From NCBI GenBank assembly GCA_030429765.1, contig JAUIER010000005.1, positions 3,175-67,174 on the forward strand: a DNA stretch of 64,000 nt, written 5' to 3'. Source of the stretch: a bacterium (GTDB lineage: Bacteria > Omnitrophota > Gorgyraeia > Zapsychrales > Zapsychraceae). Of the stretch, positions 17,984-27,510 are shown piece by piece (position 1 is the stretch's first letter; every line of letters begins with the position of its first letter). A model generated the notes under the pieces. It was given only the letters and a program-made list of their open reading frames with translations, had not been told where the DNA came from and did not search any database. The translations under genes and the position numbers were made by a program.

Positions 17984-19219
17984 ATGCTTAATATTTCTTT
18001 AGAAGATTTTCTAGATTCATTTTACGATCAAGCTACTTACGTTAAAGTATATAAAAAAAACCCCGCCTATGATTACGACGTTAATGGACAAATAATCTAC
18101 TTTAATCGTCTGTATACTCGGGGGCTCATAGAAAGAGTTGAGCATAACTTTAAAAAATTCACCTCACTTTTTAATCCTTATGAGCTATCAATGCTCAAAA
18201 AAACCTACAATGTTGAGAATATTACTGACAAAGAAGTCGATGCGTTTCGCAAATTGGTGATTAAGAAAAAATTTACCGATTTAGATTTATTCAATAGTCA
18301 TGGCCATAATTTCATAGAGAATGATCATGAAGTTATGAACGGGGAAAAAATGAAGTTTCCTCACAAACTTGAGGACTCCCTATTCCCTGATGGAACTCCA
18401 AGAAAAATTTCAACAACAAAAGTTCCCTTTAAATTGGATGGAAAAATTATCGGTGTCATAGGTTTTTCAAAAGATCGCAGTGGATCTTATAATTTATTTA
18501 AAAATTTGGAGTCGGCTTTTTCTGGTGCAATTCTTGTTGTAGATGCTTTAGGTAGAATTGTGTACAGAAGCCCCCACACCCCTTCGTTTTTTGGATACTC
18601 CTCTGACAGATTCAACCAAATCGTACATGTTAAAGAAATCTTTGCAAGAAAGGATGATCGAAAAAAAATTATTAGAACTTTATATTCAGAAAAATCTGGC
18701 GAGAAAACTTTTGATGATGTCAGCCTAAAACGACTAAATGGAGAAATTTTCAAAGCTAAAGTTGCCGCTGGGATCAGAACTCATGAAAGGTCTACACAAT
18801 TATTTCATGCCACAATAATCGACATTCAAGGCGAATTACGCAAAAGTTTAGAACTAGACAATATCAAAGCGCTAGTAAGGCAAGCCACAACAAACATTCA
18901 AAAAGAGGTATCTAAAGCTGTAAACGACGTGCTTCAAGAAAAAATCTTCGAGAACTCTATAAGTAAGATCGTCGTACTAAATTCCCTTGACGATAAGTTT
19001 AAAGAGTTGTTTAATCTCTATGTTCACACCAACCTCAGCACTAAAAATATTGCACCCCTTACCATCAATTGGAGAGTCGAGCAAACAGTCAAGAACAGGC
19101 TGGTGGAATTAGCAAAAATATTAGGCATAGAAAACGATCGCAATGAATTTAGAAAATATGCTCAGAGCGCTGGTATTTATTCCTTATCATTAGGCCCTTC
19201 TTCTCTGAGATTGGACTAA
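17984..19219 (+). CDS. PAS-PAS-HTH (LuxR-like) transcriptional regulator
   Basis: PAC motif (PDGTPRKISTTKVPF..DGKIIGVIGFSKD), second PAS (AILVVDALGRIVY), C-terminal STKNIA...EQTVKNRL..LAKILGI. Confidence 0.7.
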   Translation: MLNISLEDFLDSFYDQATYVKVYKKNPAYDYDVNGQIIYFNRLYTRGLIERVEHNFKKFTSLFNPYELSMLKKTYNVENITDKEVDAFRKLVIKKKFTDLDLFNSHGHNFIENDHEVMNGEKMKFPHKLEDSLFPDGTPRKISTTKVPFKLDGKIIGVIGFSKDRSGSYNLFKNLESAFSGAILVVDALGRIVYRSPHTPSFFGYSSDRFNQIVHVKEIFARKDDRKKIIRTLYSEKSGEKTFDDVSLKRLNGEIFKAKVAAGIRTHERSTQLFHATIIDIQGELRKSLELDNIKALVRQATTNIQKEVSKAVNDVLQEKIFENSISKIVVLNSLDDKFKELFNLYVHTNLSTKNIAPLTINWRVEQTVKNRLVELAKILGIENDRNEFRKYAQSAGIYSLSLGPSSLRLD

Positions 19220-19513
19220 ATTACAGTCTGATTAGAAAAATAGTTTTCAAATACTTGAAGTATTTCTCGACATTCCGAAGTTATTGTTATCACCCTTTTT
19301 TATATCCTAATAGTACTTCTCGATGCCCTCCGAAATAACCTCACTTTCATAAGTTCCTTAATTTCATTAGGTACAGTAGATACCTCATCTATCAAAGTAC
19401 CAGTAAGTATATCCTCATTCTTATTAAGTTATATTTCACTTCCCAGAAAGTATAGAAAAGTACTGAAATTCTCATAAGTTCATTGATTTCAATGGTTTGC
19501 AGTAATTTTTAAA

Positions 19514-19542
19514 TTGACTTAATTGCCGCAGCATTCTAAAAT
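19514..19542 (+). promoter_or_regulatory. sigma70-type promoter of the sugar transferase/PEP-CTERM pair
   Basis: TTGACT-N17-TAAAAT. Confidence 0.55.
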
Positions 19543-19567
19543 AAGGTATCAAACTTAAAACTACCGC

Positions 19568-20311
19568 ATGGAGGCCTCCAATATGTCACCTAGCCATCGT
19601 AGCAATGCAACTTTTCACAACCATTTCGAATTTCTGGAGCTTTTTCTTATAAACCAAATGTTGGAATTATTTTCATTCCTGAGTATGCCCTATTTAAGAC
19701 TTAAACCCCTAGTTGACTTTTTTGCAGCTGCGGCAGGATTAATCCTTTTTTCACCCTTTTTGTTAACGGTAATTCTGCTCGTATGGATCACCTCGCGAGG
19801 CCCAGTCCTATATTCTCAAACCCGGGTCGGAAAAAATGGAAAACACTTCATAATTTATAAATTTCGAACAATGCATATCGACGCGGAGAAAGAAAGCGGC
19901 CCCATTTGGGCAAGCAAGAATGATACTCGTGTAACATCAATAGGCAAGTTCCTTCGAAAATCACATATTGATGAACTTCCACAGCTTATCAACGTATTGA
20001 AAGGCGAAATGAGCATCGTTGGTCCAAGACCGGAGCGTCCAATTTTTGTTGAAAAATTCATACAGTCAGTCCCTAACTATAACGAACGCTTATCGGGGAT
20101 GCCTGGAATCCCAGGATTAGCACAAGTACGACATAGTGGTGATGAGTCCATAGAAGATGTTGTTAGAAAATTGTCGTTCGATTTAGACTACCTTAGAAAC
20201 ATTAGATTTTCTAATGATCTTAAAATTTTCTTCCAAACGATTTATGTTGTATTGCGTGGCGTGAAACTAGGAGATCAACCTGTTATAAATATACCAGTTA
20301 CTGCCGATTAA
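19568..20311 (+). CDS. priming sugar (phosphoglycosyl) transferase, Bac_transf family
   Basis: YKFRTM, DTRVTSIGKFLRKSHIDELPQLINVLKGEMSIVGPRPER. Confidence 0.93.
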   Translation: MEASNMSPSHRSNATFHNHFEFLELFLINQMLELFSFLSMPYLRLKPLVDFFAAAAGLILFSPFLLTVILLVWITSRGPVLYSQTRVGKNGKHFIIYKFRTMHIDAEKESGPIWASKNDTRVTSIGKFLRKSHIDELPQLINVLKGEMSIVGPRPERPIFVEKFIQSVPNYNERLSGMPGIPGLAQVRHSGDESIEDVVRKLSFDLDYLRNIRFSNDLKIFFQTIYVVLRGVKLGDQPVINIPVTAD

Positions 20312-20377
20312 GTGGACCATCTAGCGATATATCATTTTAAACTCCATGCATGTTAACCTCATTAACAAGGAGAAAAT

Positions 20378-21550
20378 ATGAAAACTTTAATTGAGAAAGC
20401 ATTAACCATTTGCCGCCTGTTTGACTCTTTGATCCAGCATGTACTCATTGGTTTTTTACTAATCCTCATTCTCAACGCGTCTAATGCTTCTGCGTTTCTT
20501 ATAGAAAGAGATTATCAAACTTTAGGAGACAATCTCTTTACTCTTGATACCCAAACCGGCCTTCTATGGCTAGATGTGCCAGTTACCAGTCCCCAAAGTA
20601 AAGATAGCATTCTGGACTTTATTGCCGAAGAAGACTTTTTTTGGGGAATTCGAGACTTAAATTCCTCTGGACAAATAATTAGTGAAGTTGAAATGTTGAT
20701 GCAACATGCTGGTATAGTTAATACTTTTGGTGTACCTACGGCAGCTAACGATGCGGGCGTACTAAAATTGTTAGCATTAATGGGAGAGACTACTGTTGGC
20801 GAGCAATATGGCATATTTCATAATGTTTTAGGACCAACTAATACGTCGTCTTCAAAATTGGTGTATAGTCCAGGAGCCTCCGAAGCGCATGGCATTTTTG
20901 ACAGCCTGGTACATACAAGTGATGGAAGAAATGATCGTGGACAGTATCTCAGACGCATAGCAGATCCAAACTCTTACGAATCTCTTTCTAATGGCAATAA
21001 TTCCAGCTCTCTGCTTGGAGGAACTTCTAGTACAGGAGGTGTAACTGTAACGTTTGATACAAACGACGACGGGGTTTTTCTTGCCGAGTACAACTTGGAA
21101 AATCAATCAGAGTTCCTAAAACATATCTTTGACAATCAGGTGGAGAATCTGAACTTCGCAATTCCAGGTGAGAATATTCAATGGTGGGACCTTGATTATA
21201 AGAGTGATTTCGGACTTGCTGACCCAAATTTTGGAACAGCTCTAGTTCAGTTAAAATATGACGATTCAGAGTTGGGTCAATTATTTAACGAAAGTGATTT
21301 GCAAGTATTTCATTTTAGGCAAGGGGCATGGGAATTGGTGGCAACTACAGTGGATACCGATGCAAATATCGTCTCCTTTTCTACAAATAGTTTTTCTCCA
21401 TTTGCTTTAGGAATGTCCTCTAGTGTAATTCCTGAACCAACTACGATACTGTTGTTTGGAGGAGGTTTGCTTGGGTCAATTTTAAAGCGGAAAATTAGAT
21501 TTTCGGGAGTATCGTCTATTCCCTCTACTACGACCGACTTTAGGATTTGA
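20378..21550 (+). CDS. PEP-CTERM sorting-domain surface protein
   Basis: Signal peptide; TLDTQTGLLWLD motif; C-terminal IPEPTTILLFGGGLLGSILKRKIR. Confidence 0.9.
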   Translation: MKTLIEKALTICRLFDSLIQHVLIGFLLILILNASNASAFLIERDYQTLGDNLFTLDTQTGLLWLDVPVTSPQSKDSILDFIAEEDFFWGIRDLNSSGQIISEVEMLMQHAGIVNTFGVPTAANDAGVLKLLALMGETTVGEQYGIFHNVLGPTNTSSSKLVYSPGASEAHGIFDSLVHTSDGRNDRGQYLRRIADPNSYESLSNGNNSSSLLGGTSSTGGVTVTFDTNDDGVFLAEYNLENQSEFLKHIFDNQVENLNFAIPGENIQWWDLDYKSDFGLADPNFGTALVQLKYDDSELGQLFNESDLQVFHFRQGAWELVATTVDTDANIVSFSTNSFSPFALGMSSSVIPEPTTILLFGGGLLGSILKRKIRFSGVSSIPSTTTDFRI

Positions 21551-21555
21551 ACCCA

Positions 21556-21930
21556 TCAGATATGTGAAAGATGCCTTTTTAACAGATCATCCAACTCGCT
21601 GTCCTTAAGCCCTCGCATATTTCCAGGCTTGACCTCTTCAGACTCGGAAACTGAGACTTCTCTGGGGAGCATTCTGGCAAGTAGGGTATAAAAAACCTTT
21701 TCATTAGCCGGATCACCCTCCGCCCATTCAACCAGACGATCAACCCCTCCTAGCCGCTCAAACGCATCTAGAAATACCTGTTTTAAGGTAGTGAATTTAT
21801 TGAGCGTACCCTTCTTTTTACCTGAAGGATTCAATGGCGCCGATCCTTTGGCTATTTTCCCATCAGCGGTCCGTTTGATGATTTTTCCGTCTTTAACCGT
21901 CTTTTTAATGGTTCTGCTCGCTCTTTTCAT
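21556..21930 (-). CDS. terminase small subunit-like DNA-packaging protein (DUF5681-like)
   Basis: GKIAKG...NPSGKKKGTLNK...KQVFLDAF..LGGVDRLVEWA...P...FYTLLARMLPREV pattern typical of phage TerS-like proteins; ORF-track start 21966 overlaps int. Confidence 0.65.
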   Translation of the reverse strand: MKRASRTIKKTVKDGKIIKRTADGKIAKGSAPLNPSGKKKGTLNKFTTLKQVFLDAFERLGGVDRLVEWAEGDPANEKVFYTLLARMLPREVSVSESEEVKPGNMRGLKDSELDDLLKRHLSHI

Positions 21931-21937
21931 ACATATA

Positions 21938-23143
21938 TTATGCCGCAGATCGCGGTTCACGAACAATTGAAAGCTCAGAATTTAAAACATCGCCATCAAG
22001 GCCATTTTGAAATAATAGGCTGTCTAATTTGTCCCCAACCGCAACATTATCAACGGGTAAAAGATGCCCATATCTGTCCATAGTTGTCTGAATTGAACTG
22101 TGCCCGAGTTGGCTCTGAATGAACTTCGCATTCTCCCCCTGGGCTATCAATAATGACGTATATGAATGTCGTAAATCATGGAATCTAATCTTTCTTAAAC
22201 CAGCCCTCTCCAAAGCTGGATGAAATTCGCGTTTTAACATATTGTCACCACTGATCGGATTCCCTTCTTTGTTTGCAAATACGAGATCATGTTCATTAAT
22301 CGGACTGACTATCTTATGGATCTCAAGTGCCTTTTTTAGATTGGCAGACATGACAATAGCTCGCTTTGATCGTGCAGACTTCGGGGCTACAAATTGCCAC
22401 CCACCCCCTTTTAGGGTACTTTTTGTACTGTACAAACTGCGCCTGACATGGATGGTATTGCTATTCCAGTCTATATCCCCCCATTGCAACGCTAGCACTT
22501 CGCTACGCCTCATCCCGGTCATTACCGCCGTCATAAACAAGGTCCGATATGGCTCATCTGCGTTATTAAGCAGCAAATTTATCTCGGATGGGTTCAAATA
22601 GTCCATTTCTCTATGTTCTTCCTTGAATTTTTTGATATCCGCAGCCGGATTGATCTTCGTATGTCCCCACTCCTTCGCGTGCTTGAAGAGTGTTTTCATC
22701 AGCACCAGAATATTATTTACAGTTTTAGGACTTCTGGTTTTTGCAATATCAGCCAAAAACGACCTGATATCTCCGGCGTTGATCTTTGATACTGTACCGC
22801 CCTTAAAGGCTGGCCTGAGATGACAATTAATGATATTCTCATAATTATTGTATGTCCGCTGCTTTACCCTTGGCCGGGCGTATTCGTCCAACCATTTATC
22901 GGCAAATGCTCCAAATTTTATATCTACGACTTCGGAGAATTCACCCATGACAACCTGAGCTAAACGTCTGGCCAAGAGCTTCTCAGCAAGCTTCTTGTTT
23001 GTTCCGACTGTTTCGCGCTTTTGACGACCATTAACCCTGTAGGCTATGTAATAAACGGGATTCTTACAGCCGCCGTTGGCATTACAATACGCCTTCCCTT
23101 TACGTGAACAGACCTTACACCGTTTTAATACCGATCCCCTCAA
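21938..23143 (-). CDS. int: tyrosine recombinase / site-specific integrase
   Basis: TGMRRSE, PKS, FHDLRHS, LGHSSI and TTMDRY catalytic motifs all intact; N-terminal Cys-rich arm-binding region and SAM-like domain. Confidence 0.96.
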   Translation of the reverse strand: MRGSVLKRCKVCSRKGKAYCNANGGCKNPVYYIAYRVNGRQKRETVGTNKKLAEKLLARRLAQVVMGEFSEVVDIKFGAFADKWLDEYARPRVKQRTYNNYENIINCHLRPAFKGGTVSKINAGDIRSFLADIAKTRSPKTVNNILVLMKTLFKHAKEWGHTKINPAADIKKFKEEHREMDYLNPSEINLLLNNADEPYRTLFMTAVMTGMRRSEVLALQWGDIDWNSNTIHVRRSLYSTKSTLKGGGWQFVAPKSARSKRAIVMSANLKKALEIHKIVSPINEHDLVFANKEGNPISGDNMLKREFHPALERAGLRKIRFHDLRHSYTSLLIAQGENAKFIQSQLGHSSIQTTMDRYGHLLPVDNVAVGDKLDSLLFQNGLDGDVLNSELSIVREPRSAA

Positions 23144-23148
23144 TCTGA

Positions 23149-23343
23149 CTACCTCGATTGCTTTCTGATAAAACCAAGAACTTCCTCTGGATCAAATCGC
23201 AAATACTTGCCAACCTTATAGTGTGGAATACCATCCTGCCCTTGTGCCGTACGTTCGTACAGCCACCATTTAGTTACATTAAGTATTTGGGCCATCTCTT
23301 CAACATTGACCAAATTTGGTAATTTTTCGTTGGATAATTTCAA
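23149..23343 (-). CDS. excisionase-like HTH (HTH_17)
   Basis: LVNVEEMAQILNVTKWWLY.....IPHYKVGKYLRFD. Confidence 0.85.
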   Translation of the reverse strand: MKLSNEKLPNLVNVEEMAQILNVTKWWLYERTAQGQDGIPHYKVGKYLRFDPEEVLGFIRKQSR

Positions 23344-23397
23344 TATTATCGCCTTTCCTTAGATTCGTACACGCTTATTTAATTCACCCTATATCGT

Positions 23398-23496
23398 CGA
23401 CATTGACTGATTTTTTTCATTATTTCCCTTGTTTTCAACCCCTCTATATACTGCATTCTCTGTCGCAAATAACATTAAGTATATTTGTCAATGTCG
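23398..23496. promoter_or_regulatory. putative replication origin (inverted repeats around an AT-rich spacer)
   Basis: CGACATTGAC (23398-23407) and GTCAATGTCG (23487-23496) form a perfect IR directly downstream of the primase-helicase. Confidence 0.4.
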
Positions 23497-23498
23497 TC

Positions 23499-25718
23499 TT
23501 ATTTGTTTAACAAGTGCTTAAGTTTAATATTGATCCATATGTGTCCAGTTGAGCCTCTAGACTCCTCAATTTTAGCGAAGTGCTTTTTTAGATGTCTTCC
23601 AAAATTAATTTTTGACAAGGGAAAACATCCGGAACTCTCACAATATTCAACATATCGAATGTATAATAGTTTTTTAGTGACACTCCATTCATTATTCAAT
23701 ATCTTGCCATTTGACTTTTTAAATTTTAGTGTCTTCCTTTTCAATCCAGATTTAGATACCCCTCGCACGGCACACTCCTCCGAAACAAACTGAAGAACAT
23801 TATTTTGCTCAATTCTGTACTTCTCTACATCCATTCTCATCTTTGATGTCACTTGAAACCTACCCCTATTCTCCAAGTTCCCCAACCCTTCAATCATCCA
23901 ATTTAGAATCCCCGAAAGCTCTTCCAGAAGTTTATTCTTCAAATTTCGATCATCCTTTTTTCCTTGAAACTGCTGTGTGTATCTGATGATAATTAATCTT
24001 CGAAAAAATGCGTCGGTCTTATCGTCAACCCGAGGCAGGTCGTTCATGGCAAAAATTAATTTCACAAACGGATTGAACTCAAAGGGTTGACCATACTTTC
24101 TGTCAGCTGTAATTGTATCTCCGCTGACAATTGCCTTAAAATTTGCATCATGTATCGCTTTTTTTGCTTCGGATTCGATTGAAATATTGACCAGCTTCCC
24201 ACTAAGTTGAGCGATATAGTGGCGGTTTCCAAAACACTCCATAGGTACTGAACTACAATTTTCTTTGCCTACTATTTTCTCAAAGACAGAAAAAAGTACA
24301 GATTTACCATTGGCTCCTTCTCCTACATTAAGAAGTGCTACTTGATGTGAATTATTTGGCGTTAAGCAGTAGCCCATGAACTCCTGCAAAACTGATATTT
24401 TCCCGACATCATCGGCAAATATCTGCCCTAAAGTCTCAATAAAAAGGGGGCATTCTGCCTTTGAGTCATACTCAATGGGGATTCTAATAGTTGAGATAAA
24501 ATCCGAAGCGTGAGGATCCAGTTTTCCTGTCCGAATATTTAAAATTCCATTTTTCATATTTAGACGATGCTTATCTTCATTTATCTTTTCTCCAGAAATA
24601 AAACTCTCTGTTAGCAGGGAATGAATTACATCATTGCATCTACTAATCTTAAATTGATTCTTCAATTCACGCTTGACCCATTTCTTGACAACTTCATCCG
24701 GGACTGGTTGATAATAGCCATCTTTATACTCATAGAATACTTTATTTGAGTTTATAATTTTGTGTTCAGACAGTATTTTGTCAGCTGTTATATTTGGATT
24801 AAATTGTCCAGCTACAACTACGTCTCCAGTTTCCTTCTCGTACTTTTTACAAGACTGAATGTATTTCTCAAATTTGGCTTTCCCGTATTTTTCTAAATAT
24901 TGCCGAATATCCCATCCCGACTTCAATTTACTAGTGAATTTCATAATCCGCACTTCCTGGGCCACATCAAATACCTTACCTGAAAATCTCTCTGCCCCTT
25001 TAAATCCAGCTTCATCATTATCTGGGATGATGTATACCACCTTTCCGCTAAAGTACTCAATTTCGTACTTTTTTATATTTCCCGCACCTGCTGTTCCGAC
25101 TGCAGGATAGCCGTTGTCCTTAAGAGCCAACGCACTCCATGGACCTTCAGCGACAAATATTCTCTTTTCATTACAATTGAATAAGTCTTCGACGCCGTAG
25201 AGTATATTTTCAGCACCTCTGGAGGAAATAGTGTCGCCCCCCAAGCACTTCTTATAAATGTTCCTTATAACCCCTTTCTTGTCTCTGGCTGGTAATGTAT
25301 ACTGGCCTTGCTTATTCATCCCTAATTCTGAATTTTTAAGTATTTCCCTTGATAGACCTCTTTCCTTAGCAAACTCCTCCAATTTCTTCTCAGACATATT
25401 ATCTATATACTGATCTACACTAGCCTGTGAAAATCTCGGCTTCTTTCTTCTTGCAATCTTAATGGGCTTTCTAGTTCTAAAACTATTTATTTCTTTAATA
25501 GTATCTATTTGACTCATATTCTTTAAAGCTCTTAAAAATGTTATGGCATTTCCCTGGAAATCACATACTTTACAATCGCATTGTCCAGTTTCTCTACTAG
25601 CGTAGAAGTGTTGCTCTTTATAGCAGAATGGACAGTCACCTTGAATTTGATCATCTCCAGAAAGTCCTGCTGCTTCAAGATGCTTAAAGTACAATTCTAC
25701 ATAATTTATATCCTCCAT
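23499..25718 (-). CDS. primase-helicase (Zn finger, Toprim, D5_N, SF3 helicase; P4-family-like)
   Basis: CPFC..H...C.C..C Zn finger; VAEG and PDNDEAG Toprim motifs; LNMKNGIL D5_N; GEGANGKS Walker A; AFFRRLII. Confidence 0.93.
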   Translation of the reverse strand: MEDINYVELYFKHLEAAGLSGDDQIQGDCPFCYKEQHFYASRETGQCDCKVCDFQGNAITFLRALKNMSQIDTIKEINSFRTRKPIKIARRKKPRFSQASVDQYIDNMSEKKLEEFAKERGLSREILKNSELGMNKQGQYTLPARDKKGVIRNIYKKCLGGDTISSRGAENILYGVEDLFNCNEKRIFVAEGPWSALALKDNGYPAVGTAGAGNIKKYEIEYFSGKVVYIIPDNDEAGFKGAERFSGKVFDVAQEVRIMKFTSKLKSGWDIRQYLEKYGKAKFEKYIQSCKKYEKETGDVVVAGQFNPNITADKILSEHKIINSNKVFYEYKDGYYQPVPDEVVKKWVKRELKNQFKISRCNDVIHSLLTESFISGEKINEDKHRLNMKNGILNIRTGKLDPHASDFISTIRIPIEYDSKAECPLFIETLGQIFADDVGKISVLQEFMGYCLTPNNSHQVALLNVGEGANGKSVLFSVFEKIVGKENCSSVPMECFGNRHYIAQLSGKLVNISIESEAKKAIHDANFKAIVSGDTITADRKYGQPFEFNPFVKLIFAMNDLPRVDDKTDAFFRRLIIIRYTQQFQGKKDDRNLKNKLLEELSGILNWMIEGLGNLENRGRFQVTSKMRMDVEKYRIEQNNVLQFVSEECAVRGVSKSGLKRKTLKFKKSNGKILNNEWSVTKKLLYIRYVEYCESSGCFPLSKINFGRHLKKHFAKIEESRGSTGHIWINIKLKHLLNK

Positions 25719-25921
25719 TATTTAATCCCCTCCATTTCAATTGCTAAAAAATACTTTGTTTTATACGTCCCTTTGTTGTTACTAATAACAGTTAAGATAT
25801 ATCGTTTTCCCTCTTCGTCTAGCTGTACTATCTCCCAGCGTACAATTGGCCTAATTTTGCTTAGCTTCTTAAGCGACCATTCAAGTTTTTCGTAAAAACT
25901 TTCCTTCTTTGAATTCATCAA
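25718..25921 (-). CDS. small hypothetical protein coupled to the primase
   Basis: GGAGG RBS; stop overlaps the primase ATG. Confidence 0.55.
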   Translation of the reverse strand: MMNSKKESFYEKLEWSLKKLSKIRPIVRWEIVQLDEEGKRYILTVISNNKGTYKTKYFLAIEMEGIK

Positions 25922-26107
25922 ACACCTCCGTTACAATTTTTTTATGCAAAACCCTTTACAGAAAAGAGCTAACATATATATTGCACCAGAAACCAAAACA
26001 CGCTAGTTAGTTGTTTTAGCGTGTATATTTATTTGCACAAAAAAGCCCCTTTCCGTCCAGAAAGAGGCTTACTTTATTTTTGTAATGATCTTAATTTTTA
26101 TAGCGTG

Positions 26108-26869
26108 TTAAGGTTTTTCTAATTTCTTAACCTTAATTTTTCCCTGACACTTCCTTCTATTGTGATATTCATAGCGGCACTTCTTATCACAATACATTCC
26201 ATTTGATCTTCTACAGACAAACCACTGAGAGCAATATTTACATTTTTTTATATGATACCCACCCTTGCATATCAATATTCTATGAATAAAATCGAATATA
26301 CCTGCGGTTAATTTTGTCCGAATAACCGATGAATAGCTTTGTTCATGTATCTTGTAATCTTCCCAAGAAGGAATCAAATAAAAGAAAAGGTCTGATAGAC
26401 TACTTTCTACTAGTAACTTATTAATTTTTTTATATGCTTTCTTACCAGATAGTCTGTATTCTGTATCAGATTCGAAAATATCATTTATATAATCGCTACT
26501 TTTTATACCAACCCTCGCTAATTTATCAAACTCCAATACTATTCTCATGGGTTGCTTTCTCAAAATTTCACTAAGACCCAAAATTTCTTTCTGTGCGTAT
26601 TTTTTATATATATCTATATTTCTGTCCTCATTCGTTTTTAACTTTGATTTTTTCCCCTCATGTCTTTTTCGATATACTTCTTCTTTTTCATTTATATATT
26701 CAATATACTTTTTGGTTTCTTGGATATCCTTGTAAAGCTCCAAATCTTGATGCTTCCCTTTGTCTTTTAGTAAGGAACAATCATCATTAAAAAGCTCGGC
26801 TAAGTCAAACTTTGCCAATATATTTTTGTTTAGCTCATCAATACGGACATTTTTGGATTTCTTTTTCAT
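26108..26869 (-). CDS. CGNR-type zinc-finger protein
   Basis: C-terminal IKKCKYCSQWFV..RSNGMYCDKKCR. Confidence 0.7.
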   Translation of the reverse strand: MKKKSKNVRIDELNKNILAKFDLAELFNDDCSLLKDKGKHQDLELYKDIQETKKYIEYINEKEEVYRKRHEGKKSKLKTNEDRNIDIYKKYAQKEILGLSEILRKQPMRIVLEFDKLARVGIKSSDYINDIFESDTEYRLSGKKAYKKINKLLVESSLSDLFFYLIPSWEDYKIHEQSYSSVIRTKLTAGIFDFIHRILICKGGYHIKKCKYCSQWFVCRRSNGMYCDKKCRYEYHNRRKCQGKIKVKKLEKP

Positions 26870-26897
26870 GAAGTACAGAATAGCAAATAAAGCCGGA

Positions 26898-27443
26898 TTA
26901 AGCCAGTGATGAGATACCTTGCCAATAATTTACATATTGGCTGAGATTTCGATCTGGATTGGAATAGTCATGTTTGGCTATCTGAATCTGTTCATCTTTG
27001 GAAAGTCCTCTTGTTTCCCAGCACTGCCCCTTCTTTGTAATCATAAGATACGTTTGCCAAACCTTCATCTTGCCGTGAATTGAAGTAAGAAATTCGTGGA
27101 GCGTTTTGGGAGGAAGTATTACATATTGGATCTTTTTGCTGTGGATTGACATTAGAGTAAAAACCCATAGATCCGCAACGGACTTTTCCATCTTCTCTGG
27201 ATTCAAAGACCACCATCCCCAAGCTGCAAGATTTTCCCTTAAGTATGCGGTCGAATTCTGAATCAGGAAATCTTTACTGAACTTAACCTGAAGCGAGACT
27301 GTTTTTTTGTTGGTTTTATCAGTGACAAGAAGGTCAACCCCGGTATCTTTGGAAGGAACCCATACATTCAAGCCCTTGAATGTAGATTCAATATGGCTGG
27401 CTACAAGATACTCCCCGGCATGAATGGTAAAAATTGGCCTCAT
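26898..27443 (-). CDS. PD-(D/E)XK restriction-endonuclease-like protein
   Basis: GEYLVA...DTGVDLLV......SLQVK motif. Confidence 0.75.
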   Translation of the reverse strand: MRPIFTIHAGEYLVASHIESTFKGLNVWVPSKDTGVDLLVTDKTNKKTVSLQVKFSKDFLIQNSTAYLRENLAAWGWWSLNPEKMEKSVADLWVFTLMSIHSKKIQYVILPPKTLHEFLTSIHGKMKVWQTYLMITKKGQCWETRGLSKDEQIQIAKHDYSNPDRNLSQYVNYWQGISSLA

Positions 27444-27457
27444 AGATTGCGTGAATT

Positions 27458-27500
27458 TGTAGACTATCGTCCATGTTCTATTTGTTTTCTATAGTCTACA
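27458..27500. promoter_or_regulatory. C-box operator
   Basis: TGTAGACTAT-N23-ATAGTCTACA perfect IR containing GACTATCGTC and CTATAGTC cores, resembling C.AhdI/C.Esp1396I operators; 10 bp upstream of the C gene. Confidence 0.75.
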
Positions 27501-27510
27501 TTATTTAATT

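Noticed and set aside
21556-26869. Intact prophage or conjugative ICE
   Set aside because: No recognisable capsid, portal, TerL, tail, lysis, relaxase or T4SS genes between the att sites
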